Below are positions 1 through 11,074 of a stretch of DNA of 64,000 bases, piece after piece. Where the stretch lies: contig CATNEN010000001.1 in the NCBI GenBank assembly GCA_950097015.1, positions 23,994,001-24,058,000 of the forward strand, in the 5' to 3' direction. A program made the translations under genes and the position numbers. The number at the start of each line of letters is the position of its first letter. Within the stretch, counting starts at the first letter, position 1. The notes beneath the pieces were generated by a model. The model ran no database searches. It was not told where the DNA came from and saw nothing but the letters and a program-made list of their open reading frames with translations. The DNA is from Macrostomum hystrix (Eukaryota; Animalia; Platyhelminthes).

Positions 1-2347
1 CTAATCATGCTTCATGATGCGATTCTAATCATGCTTCCAGCTGCGATTCTGATCATGCTTCCAGCTGCGATTCTGATCATGCTTCCAGCTGCGATTCTAA
101 TCATGCTTCATGATGCGATTCTAATCATGCTTCCAGCTGCGATTCTGATCATGCTTCCAGCTGCGATTCTGATCATGCTTCCAGCTGCGATTCTAATCAT
201 GCTTCATGATGCGATTCTAATCATGCTTCCAGCTGCGATTCTGATCATGCTTCCAGCTGCGATTCTGATCATGCTTCCAGCTGCGATTCTAATCATGCTT
301 CCAGCTGCGATTCTAATCATGCTTCCAGCTGCGATTCTAATCATGCTTCCAGCTGCGATTCTAATCATGCTTCCAGCTGCGATTCTAATCATGCTTCCAG
401 CTGCGATTCTGATCATGCTTCCAGCTGCGATTCTAATCATGCTTCCAGCTGCGATTCTAATCATGCTTCCAGCTGCGATTCTGATCATGCTTCCAGCTGC
501 GATTCTGATCATGCTTCCAGCTGCGATTCTGATCATGCTTCCAGCTGCGATTCTAATCATGCTTCCAGCTGCGATTCTAATCATGCTTCCAGCTGCGATT
601 CTAATCATGCTTCCAGCTGCGATTCTAATCATGCTTCCAGCTGCGATTCTAATCATGCTTCCAGCTGCGATTCTAATCATGCTTCCAGCTGCGATTCTAA
701 TCATGCTTCCAGCTGCGATTCTAATCATGCTTCCAGCTGCGATTCTAATCATGCTTCATGATGCGATTCTAATCATGCTTCCAGCTGCGATTCTGATCAT
801 GCTTCCAGCTGCGATTCTGATCATGCTTCCAGCTGCGATTCTAATCATGCTTCATGATGCGATTCTAATCATGCTTCCAGCTGCGATTCTGATCATGCTT
901 CCAGCTGCGATTCTGATCATGCTTCCAGCTGCGATTCTAATCATGCTTCATGATGCGATTCTAATCATGCTTCCAGCTGCGATTCTGATCATGCTTCCAG
1001 CTGCGATTCTGATCATGCTTCCAGCTGCGATTCTAATCATGCTTCATGATGCGATTCTAATCATGCTTCCAGCTGCGATTCTGATCATGCTTCCAGCTGC
1101 GATTCTGATCATGCTTCCAGCTGCGATTCTAATCATGCTTCATGATGCGATTCTAATCATGCTTCCAGCTGCGATTCTGATCATGCTTCCAGCTGCGATT
1201 CTGATCATGCTTCCAGCTGCGATTCTAATCATGCTTCCAGCTGCGATTCTAATCATGCTTCCAGCTGCGATTCTAATCATGCTTCCAGCTGCGATTCTAA
1301 TCATGCTTCCAGCTGCGATTCTAATCATGCTTCCAGCTGCGATTCTGATCATGCTTCCAGCTGCGATTCTGATCATGCTTCCAGCTGCGATTCTGATCAT
1401 GCTTCCAGCTGCGATTCTGATCATGCTTCCAGCTGCGATTCTGATCATGCTTCCAGCTGCGATTCTGATCATGCTTCCAGCTGCGATTCTAATCATGCTT
1501 CCAGCTGCGATTCTAATCATGCTTCCAGCTGCGATTCTAATCATGCTTCCAGCTGCGATTCTAATCATGCTTCCAGCTGCGATTCTAATCATGCTTCCAG
1601 CTGCGATTCTAATCATGCTTCCAGCTGCGATTCTAATCATGCTTCCAGCTGCGATTCTAATCATGCTTCCAGCTGCGATTCTAATCATGCTTCCAGCCGC
1701 GATTCTGATCATGCTTCCAGCTGCGATTCTGATCATGCTTCCAGCTGCGATTCTAATCATGCTTCCAGCTGCGATTCTAATCATGCTTCCAGCTGCGATT
1801 CTAATCATGCTTCCAGCTGCGATTCTAATCATGCTTCCAGCTGCGATTCTAATCATGCTTCCAGCTGCGATTCTAATCATGCTTCCAGCTGCGATTCTAA
1901 TCATGCTTCCAGCTGCGATTCTAATCATGCTTCCAGCTGCGATTCTAATCATGCTTCCAGCTGCGATTCTAATCATGCTTCCAGCTGCGATTCTAATCAT
2001 GCTTCCAGCTGCGATTCTAATCATGCTTCCAGCTGCGATTCTAATCATGCTTCCAGCTGCGATTCTAATCATGCTTCCAGCTGCGATTCTAATCATGCTT
2101 CCAGCTGCGATTCTAATCATGCTTCCAGCTGCGATTCTAATCATGCTTCCAGCTGCGATTCTAATCATGCTTCCAGCTGCGATTCTAATCATGCTTCCAG
2201 CTGCGATTCTAATCATGCTTCCAGCTGCGATTCTAATCATGCTTCCAGCTGCGATTCTAATCATGCTTCCAGCTGCGATTCTAATCATGCTTCCAGCTGC
2301 GATTCTAATCATGCTTCCAGCTGCGATTCTAATCATGCTTCCAGCTG
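1..2347. repeat. 24-bp minisatellite (ctaatcatgcttccagctgcgatt)n, probably in intron 1 of Rel-like gene C
   Basis: About 97 near-identical units; a catgat variant recurs every 96 bp in parts of the array. The MLPAAILI and MIRIAAGS ORFs are repeat translations. Confidence 0.97.
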
Positions 2348-2398
2348 AGTATAATTTGAGTAGCACACTGATGAGGCAGTGCATAACGCTTCACAAAC

Positions 2399-2694
2399 CC
2401 AAATTGCAGCTCGTTTTCTCCGCCAAGAGAGTCCAAATCCTTTTTTAACTGAAAAACACCGTCGCTGCAGTTCAAGCCGCGCAAGAAGAATGGATGCGGG
2501 TACAGCTCAGCGCTGACTGTTCCGCCTATCACAATCAGGGACTTGTTGGCTAGATCGATATTACTGATGCGCAATCTCACGAAGTGATTTTTGTCGCCTT
2601 GGCTGTACAGGACTCCGCCAGGGTCGTAGCGAAATCTGTGATATGCGACCGGCTGGTCTAAAACCTGAATTGTGGGACTCGATGCACTTGACAT
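2399..2694 (-). CDS. Rel/NF-kB-like gene C, first coding exon (N-terminal Rel homology domain); remainder lies beyond the window start
   Basis: MSSASSPTIQVLDQPVAYHRFRYDPGGVLY...YPHPFFLRGLNCSDGVFQLKKD...ELQFG aligns with exon 1 of genes A and B. A phase-2 donor (TTTGG|GTTTGT at 2398) sits at the same position as in the paralogues. Confidence 0.8.
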
Positions 2695-3946
2695 TTATCT
2701 ATTTGAGCGAACGCCGAGTGCTGCAATGATTGCGAACAGGTCAATGGGTCAGGTAGGTGAGTGGATTAGCTGGGTGATCTGGGTGGTGAGTGGGTCAGGG
2801 AGACGAGTGTGTCAGGGAGGTGAGTGGGTCAGGGAGGTGAGTGGGTCAGGGAGGCGAGTGGGTCAGGGAGGTGAGTGGGTCAGGGAGGTGAGTGGGTCAG
2901 GGAGGTGTGTGGGTCAGCAAAGTGATCAGGGAGGCGAGTGGGTCAGGGAGGTAAGTGGGTCAGGGAGGCGAGTGGGTCAGGGAGGTGAGTGGGTCAGAGA
3001 GGTGAGTGGGTCAGGGAGGTGAGTGGGTCAGGGAGGCGAGTGGGTCCGGGAGGTGAGTGGGTCAGGGATTTGAGTGGGTCAGGGAGGTGTGTGGGTCAGG
3101 GAGGTGAGTGGGTCAGGGAGGTGTGTGGGTCAGGGAGGTGTTTGGGTCAGCTAGGTGATCAGGGAGGCGAGTGGGTCAGGGAGGTGAGTGGGTCAGGGAG
3201 GTGAGTGGGTCAGGGAGGTGTGTGGGTCAGCTAGGTGATCAGGGAGGCGAGTGGGTCAGGAAGGTGAGTGGGTCAGGGAGGTGAGTGGGTCAGGGAGGCG
3301 AGTGGGTCAGGGAGGTGAGTGGGTCAGGGAGGTGAGTGGGTCAGGGAGGTGTGTGGGTCAGCTAGGTGATCAGGGAGGCGAGTGAGTCAGGAAGGTGAGT
3401 GGGTCAGGGAGGTGAGTGGGTCAGGGAGGTGAGTGGGTCAGGGAGGTGAGTGGGTCAGGGAGGTGAGTGGGTTAGCTGGGTGATCAGGTAGGTGAGTGGG
3501 TCAGGGAGGCGGATGTGTCAGCTGGGTGACCAGGGATGTGAGTGGGTCAGGGATTTGAGTGGGTCAGGGAGGTGAGTGGGTCAGGGAGGTGTGTGGGTCA
3601 GCTGGGCGATCAGGGAGGCGTTTAAGAAAATAAAAACCCAAAAGCCACAGCGAGAAGCAGATAATAAGGAAGTACATATCTACATGCTGTAAGAATCGAT
3701 GCACTTGACATTTATCTATTTGAGCGAACGCCGAGTGCTGCAATGATTGCGAACAGGTCAATGGGTCAGGTAGGTGAGTGGATTAGCTGGGTGATCTGGG
3801 TGGTGAGTGGGTCAGGGAGACGAGTGTGTCAGGGAGGTGAGTGGGTCAGGGAGGCGAGAAAGAAAATAAATAAGAAAATAAAAACCCAAAAGCCACAGCG
3901 AGAAGCAGATAATGAGGAAGTACATATCTACATGCTGTAAGAATCG
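2679..3946. repeat. Tandem duplication (2679-3695 and 3696-3946) containing a G-rich gagtgggtcagggaggt minisatellite
   Basis: tcgatgcacttgacattt...ggtcaatggg starts at both 2679 and 3696. aagaaaataaaaaccc...gaatcg occurs at both about 3624 and about 3872. The array is expanded only in the first copy. Confidence 0.9.
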
Positions 3947-4205
3947 TGTTTGTTAGATAGTAGAAATACTAGATACACGTGGGGCAGGACTCACCGCAAG
4001 CATCAAAATTGTAAAAAATAAGCGTTTATCTGGATAGGATGGCAGTCCTAGTTTAAAAATGTAATAGTGATCAAAGTCACTGGCGCTATCTACCAGCTAG
4101 AGGCACAATAAGAATTTTACAATGCCTACTCATGCCAACGGCTAAAAGCACTTTGGCACATAACAGTAATAAAAATCAACTCAATCAGCTGCACTGCAGC
4201 TGGAA

Positions 4206-4263
4206 TTATAACACGCTGGGACCGAACGCAGCCAAAGAGGGTACTAAGTTGGACTCAATCTGC

Positions 4264-4352
<89 letters not shown>

Positions 4353-7300
4353 GTGGTGGTGGTGCTGCTGCTGCTGTTGCCGCTCAACTGGAGCAGTCAA
4401 TCTTTGTCGCCTGGCAGAAGGCGGCTGCGCCAGGTTGTCTAAAACTATAATTAAAAATAACTAATTGGCCACTTAGCTTGCTACTGCTGCGATTCTGGAT
4501 TAGGCTACTGCTGCGATTCTGGATTAGGCTACTGCTGCGATTCTGGATTAGGCTACTGCTGCGATTCTGGATTAGGCCACTGCTGCGATTCTGGATTAGG
4601 CTACTGCTGCGATTCTGGATTAGGCTACTGCTGCGATTCTGGATTAGGCTACTGCTGCGATTCTGGATTAGGCCACTGCTGCGATTCTGGATTAGGCCAC
4701 TGCTGCGATTCTGGATTAGGCTACTGCTGCGATTCTGGATTAGGCTACTGCTGCGATTCTGGATTAGGCCACTGCTGCGATTCTGGATTAGGCTACTGCT
4801 GCGATTCTGGATTAGGCTACTGCTGCGATTCTGGATTAGGCCACTGCTGCGATTCTGGATTAGGCCACTGCTGCGATTCTGGATTAGGCTACTGCTGCGA
4901 TTCTGGATTAGGCCACTGCTGCGATTCTGGATTAGGCCACTGCTGCGATTCTGGATTCTGGATTAGGCTACTGCTGCGATTCTGGGTTATAATTCAAAAG
5001 CAACATACAATTTCTAGGAAACTGCCACAAAGTTGAAAAATCACATTAACTTACAACCATCTAGAAGGCCTTCAAGTGAATTGATTTCATCGAAAATCAG
5101 TGGCTGAGGATTCTTTAGAATGAAGGTTCGCCTATCACAGATATTATTTTTTGTATCACAGACATTCAGATGACATTTGATCTGCTCATTAACATCATTG
5201 GCTAGTTGATGTGACAAATCCTTCTTGGTGGCCACAATCAGGTGCTGCAAAGGTTCCATTTTTCATAGTCTTGATTTTATGAAAAGAGATATTTAAAAAC
5301 AATGTCCCGAATGTTACCCACCTTTCGAACCATTTTAATATCCAGTTCAGCTAGCTTTATTGGCGAGGCATTCGCGGCCTCGTCAGGATCCGACGAGTCC
5401 GCCAAGCTAAGGAACAATGAGAACTGGCTGGGGTCGACGTCTGGAGTGAAATGAAAGCATTTAAAGGTAACATGAGACAGGTTGAAAGCGACAACAAAGG
5501 AGAAAGCAAGCTGCATCGAACTCACGCGGCAGTTGGTTCTCAAAGTACAGCCACAAATCGTGACTCCCAGACACAAACGAAGTATCCGGGTGCGAGCCGT
5601 ACAGGCCGAGTCTGGGCTGCTGCTCTGCGGATGAGAACAGGGTGGAAACCTCGAAGTAGCACCTCGAACCTGTTGCGAATCTGGCTGCGGTTCTAGCTCA
5701 GGATCCTGCTGCAATTCTAGCTCAGGATCCTGCTGCGATTCTAGCTCAGGATCCTGCTGCGATTCTAGCTCAGGATCCTGCTGCGATTCTAGCTCAGGAT
5801 CCTGCTGCGATTCTAGCTCAGGATCCTGCTGCGATTCTAGCTCAGGATCCTGCTGCGATTCTGAATCAGGATCCTGCTGCGATTCTAGCTCAGGATCCTG
5901 CTGCGATTCTGAATCAGGATCCTGCTGCGATTCTGAATCAGGATCCTGCTGCGATTCTAGCTCAGGATCCTGCTGCGATTCTAACTCTGGATCCTGCTGC
6001 GATTCTAGCTCAGGATCCTGCTGCGATTCTAACTAAGGATCCTGCTGCGATTCTAGCTCAGGATCCTGCTGCGATTCTAACTCAGGATCCTTCTGCGATT
6101 CAAAATCAGGATCCTGATGCGATTCTGAATCAGGAACCTGCTGCGATTCTAACTCTGGATCCTGCTGCGATTCTACGTCAGGATCCTGCTGCGATTCTGA
6201 ATCAGGATCCTGCTGCGATTCTGAATCAGGAACCTGCTGCGATTCTAACTCTGGATCCTGCTGCGATTCTACGTCAGGATCCTGCTGCGATTCTGAATCA
6301 GGAACCTGCTGCGATTCCAAATCAGGATCCTGCTGCGATTCTGAATCAGGATCCTGCTGCGATTCTGAATCAGGAACCTGCTGCGATTCTAACTCTGGAT
6401 CCTGCTGCGATTCTACGTCAGGATCCTGCTGCGATTCTGAATCAGGAACCTGCTGCGATTCCAAATCAGGATCCTGCTGCGATTCTGAATCAGGAACCTG
6501 CTGCGATTCCAAATCAGGATCCTGCTGCGATTCTGAATCAGGATCCTGCTGCGATTCTGAATCAGGATCCTGCTGCGATTCTGAATCAGGAACCTGCTGC
6601 GATTCTAACTCTGGATCCTGCTGCGATTCTACGTCAGGATCCTGCTGCGATTCTGAATCAGGATCCTGCTGCGATTCTGAATCAGGAACCTGCTGCGATT
6701 CTAACTCTGGATCCTGCTGCGATTCTACGTCAGGATCCTGCTGCGATTCTGAATCAGGAACCTGCTGCGATTCCAAATCAGGATCCTGCTGCGATTCTGA
6801 ATCAGGATCCTGCTGCGATTCTGAATCAGGATCCTGCTGCGATTCTGAATCAGGATCCTGCTGCGATTCTAGCTCAGGATACTGCAGCGATTCCAAATCA
6901 GGATCCTGCTGCGATTCTGAATCAGGATCCTGCTGCGATTCTAGCTCAGGATCCTGCTGCGATTCTAACTCGGGATCCTGCTGCGATTCTAGCTCAGGAT
7001 CCTGCTGCGATTCTAACTCAGGATCCCGCTGCGATTCTAACTCGGGATCCTGCTGTGATTCTAACTCGGGATCCTGCTGTGATTCTAACTCGGGATCCTG
7101 CTGTGATTCTAAGTCAGGACCCTGCTGCGATTCTTAACCAGGATCCTTCTGCGATTCAAAATCAGGATCCTGCTGCGATTCTTAACCAGGATCCTGCTGC
7201 GATTCTTAACCAGGATCCTTCTGCGATTCAAAATCAGGATCCTGCTGCGATTCTTAACCAGGATCCTGCTGCGATTCTTAACCAGGATCCTGCTGCGATT

Positions 7301-8395
7301 CTTAACCAGGATCCTGCTTGATTTCAAAGCTCATTCCTGAAGCTCAGCAAGCCATACTATTTAAGCAATGCGTCTAACGCACTGTGGTCGTGAATTTCCT
7401 CGGAAGCCACAACAGCGTCAGTTGCCACAGTAACATCGTCGTGACCAGTGACGTAGACACTGAAAGCCAGACGCACTGGCTTCACGTTTCTAGAATTGTA
7501 CCTTTGAGATAGATCAGTCAGATCCTCTGCAAGCAAATTGAATGACGTCTTCAGTTGTATGGCTAAATGCTATCAGCATAGTATCAATAATTCTTCCTTC
7601 ACTCACTGCTAAATGGGTTGTAGTTCATTTCGATTCGCTTCTTAACAGCATCAGCCAGCTTCTCGGGTGGGCGCAGCAGAACGCACACCAAGGATAGCCG
7701 CTCCAGGCTGACGGTAACACAATGGGGGGAGAAAGACAGATAGGTGGGGGGAGAAAGACAGATAGGTGGGGGGAGAAAGACAGATAGGTGGGGGGAGAAA
7801 GACAGATAAGTAGGGGAGAAAGACAGCTGACTGTAGGGAGAAAGGCAGATGGCGGAAGAAAGACAGCTGACTGTGGGGAGAAAGACAGATCGGGGAAGAA
7901 AGACAGCTGACTGTGGGGAGAAAGACAGATCGGGGAAGAAAGCTACGTAGGGAGAAAGACAGTTCAATGGGTAAATAAAGACATCTGAATAGGGGAGAAA
8001 GACGGATGGGGGAGAGCGCTGCGTGGGGGAGCAAGACAGCTGACTGGTAAAAGAAAGACAGCTTATAGGGGAAGAAAAACTTACGAAATGTCGAACTGTG
8101 AGCTGGCGCCCAGTGCAGACACATCCTTCTTCAACTGGAAGGCTCCGTTGCTGCAGTTGTCGCCAACCATAAAGAACGGATGCGGGTACAGGTCCGAGCT
8201 GACGGTGGATCCAATGACCGTCAGGGTCTTGTGCGTCAGTGGATCGATGCCGCTGACCCGAAGCCGGACGCAGCTCTGGTTGCCACCGCGGCCATATAGA
8301 ATGCCGCCGAGTCGGCCGTTCTGAATCTCCTTCTCGTACCGAAACCTGTGGTACTCGGTCGGCTGCTCCATGATTTCTATTCTCAGCTGGGCCAT
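4206..8395 (-). CDS. Rel/NF-kB-like transcription factor gene B (7 exons, about 398 aa): RHD + IPT/TIG + basic NLS-like motif + poly-Q/H tail
   Basis: Exons 8395-8085, 7707-7607, 7526-7383, 5624-5526, 5440-5322, 5244-5055 and 4438-4206. All introns are GT-AG, phases 2,1,1,1,0,1, giving an open 1197-nt frame. Motifs IEIMEQP..HRFRYEKE, YPHPFFMVGDNCSNG, LERLSLVCV..AVKKRIEMNYNPF and VRLAFSVYV..SEEIHD parallel the RelA RHD. Tail is PSARRQRL followed by poly-Q/H. Confidence 0.88.
4476..4985. repeat. 24-bp minisatellite (ctactgctgcgattctggattagg)n in intron 6 of gene B
   Basis: About 21 units sharing the ctgcgattct core with neighbouring arrays. Confidence 0.95.
5690..7320. repeat. 24-bp minisatellite (caggatcctgctgcgattctgaat)n in intron 3 of gene B
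   Basis: About 68 units. The minus strand reads ESQQDPDS but has in-frame stops at 6033 and in the GGTTAA units. Confidence 0.95.
7720..8078. repeat. Purine-rich degenerate repeat (ggggagaaagacagataggt) in intron 1 of gene B
   Basis: Visible reiteration of gggagaaagacag. Confidence 0.85.
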
Positions 8396-8445
8396 CCGGC
8401 TCAGTAATAATGCTGAAGGCGTTGATTGCGGATGTTACCGAATAT

Positions 8446-9025
8446 GAGATGCCAGCCAATGAGATTCCCACCAATGAGATGCCCGCCAATGAGATTCCCA
8501 CCAATGAGATGCCCGCCAATGAGATTCCCACCAATGAGATTCCCACCAAGATTGACATGAGATCTATACCAAGATTAAAATGAGATCTATACCAAGATTA
8601 ACATGAGATCTATACCAAGATTAACATGAGATCTACTCCAAGATTAACATCAGATCTATACCAAGATTGACATGAGATCTATACCAAGATTGACATGAGA
8701 TCTATACCAAGATTGACATGAGATCTATACCAAGATTGACATGAGATCTATACCAAGATTAAAATGAGATCTATACCAAGATTAACATGAGATCTATACC
8801 AAGATTGACATGAGATCTATACCAAGATTAAAATGAGATCTATACCAAGATTAACATGAGATCTATACCAAGATTAACATGAGATCTACTCCAAGATTAA
8901 CATGAGATCTACTCCAAGATTGACATGAGATCTATACAAAGATTGACATGAGATCTACTCCAAGATTGACATGAGATCTACTACAAGATTGACATGAGAT
9001 CTATACAAAGATTGACATGAGATCT
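8446..9025. repeat. 15-bp (gagattcccaccaat) array grading into a 23-bp (ccaagattgacatgagatctata) array, just upstream of gene B
   Basis: Direct tandem periodicity. Confidence 0.93.
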
Positions 9026-9537
9026 ACAGTTATCATTTCAGATTATTCATCTTAAGACCGTCTTTGATTAATACTATGAAATCTACACTGAATAATAGCT
9101 CGTATTGTTTTTATATGTTTTAGACTTTGCGAAAAAAAACAAAGACACAGAATTCGTGCGTTAATTTTATCTTTTTAAGAGTTATTCCGCTTTTTTAACA
9201 TAAAATTTCCATAACTTATGCACAGGTAGCATTACAGTAACTTATTACATTACAAAAAGTAAAAATTACATACACTAGACATAAAAAAGTGCAACGATAC
9301 ACATTTGCCTTTATTAGTCTAATTAAATGGATTTTATAAATTTAATCGTAATTATTGAAATTTAGATGAATTATTATCATCAGAAACAAAAGCGAGCATT
9401 GACAGTAATTTTAGAGCAAACAATTATGTGCAAAAACAGCTAGCTCTTGATTGTTAAGCAGTGGTGCTGACTTAAACACAAACAACAATATGATTATCAT
9501 TAAAGGACCAAATAACCTATTACCTATTGATTTTCAT

Positions 9538-10040
9538 AACCTTTGAAGGGCCACAACACCAGCTTTCTTTGAAGGGCCACAACACCCGCTTTCTTTGAAG
9601 GGCCACAACACCCGTTATCTTTGAAGGGCCACAACACCCACTTTCTTTGAAGGGCCACAACACCCACTTTCTTTGAAGGGCCACAACACCCGTTATCTTT
9701 TAATGGCCACAACACCCGCTTTCTTTGAAGGGCCACAACACCTGTTATCTTTGAAGGGCCACAGCACCCGCTTTCTTTGAAGGGCCACAACACCTGTTAT
9801 CTTTGAAGGGCCACAGCACCCGCTTTCTTTGAAGGGCCACAACACCGTTATCTTTTAAGGGCCACAACACCCGCTATCTTTGAAGGGCCACAACACCCGC
9901 TTTCTTTTAAGGGCCACAACACCCGCTATCTTTGAAGGGCCACAACACCCGTTATCTTTTAAGGGCCACAACACCCGTTATCTTTGAAGTGCCACAACAC
10001 CCGCTTTCTTTGAAGGGCCTCAACACCAGTTTTCTTTCGA
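9538..10040. repeat. 26-bp minisatellite (ctttgaagggccacaacacccgttat)n
   Basis: About 19 units. Confidence 0.93.
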
Positions 10041-10693
10041 TGGTCAAAACCCTCGCTATAGTTAAGGAGCTATATCAAACAATAGACCTTGCCATTTGTT
10101 TACTAATTCTGGACTACACCACTGCTTAGTGCATAGCAATCAAGACGGTCTATTGTACTTTAGCGCAACAAAGACAGGCGTAGAAAATAATGAAATCAAA
10201 TAATACAAACAATTTGACAGGATCGAGCAACCAATAAAAAACGTATAACTTATATTATACTAGTACTGAAGTACTTAGCACTAACTGTACGTAGTACTTA
10301 GCATTTTGTTTTACAGCGTAAACAAGTTTTTTAGGCTTAAAATGCCAAAACTGTATTATTTTTAATAACTATTTTCAAGCGATTTATGGACTTTTGTATT
10401 TTTAAAGTAACAACTCGAACTAGCGCTACGAAATAAAGTATAAATTACTTTTAATATATAAACATCTGACGACAAATAGGATTCTTAATGAAATTGTAAA
10501 AAAATATTTTCAAGCAAAGCACAAAGACTGCAGGAAGAATGAAAAAGTGCTATTGTCTCCTTCCAAAAAATGTTAAATACTTACGTTCAATATCATTGCC
10601 TAAATAAAATTTCACTTACCCACACAAAATCAATTGAACCAAACTTAATATTGAGCTATTTAATAATCCGACATGGATAAGATATTTTTGACA

Positions 10694-10876
10694 GCTGCGG
10701 ATCCTGCTTCGATTCTGAATTCGGATCCTGCTTCGATTCTGACTGCGGATCCTGCTTCGATTCTGACTGCGGATCCTGCTTCGATTTTGACTGCGGATCC
10801 TGCTTCGATTCTGACTGCGGATCCTGCTTCGATTCTGACTGCGGATCCTGCTTCGATTCTGACTGCGGATCCTGCT
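10694..10876. repeat. 24-bp minisatellite (gcggatcctgcttcgattctgact)n downstream of the gene A stop
   Basis: About 7.5 units; same family as the 5690-7320 array. Confidence 0.9.
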
Positions 10877-11074
10877 ACATTTTTATTTAGCTATATAGCT
10901 TAACATGATACGAAATTAAAATAATAGGTAAATATATTTTTACACCTAACTCCCAAGAACTTGGATGCACGAATTGCCTAAGGTAACTAATGCTAGCTGA
11001 AAATTGCGTTCTCAAAGAGTTATTTAAAATCATTGTACCAGAGTCTCGACAATATCGACGCAATTGTTTACAAA

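Noticed and set aside
7-2448. 813-aa MLPAAILI ORF and antisense MIRIAAGS ORFs
   Set aside because: Translations of a 24-bp tandem array that is open in several frames; the array lies in a predicted intron.
6033-6896. ESQQDP acidic repeat protein as a stand-alone gene
   Set aside because: It lies inside intron 3 of gene B, and the array has in-frame stops on both sides. Only possible exonisation is kept as a finding.
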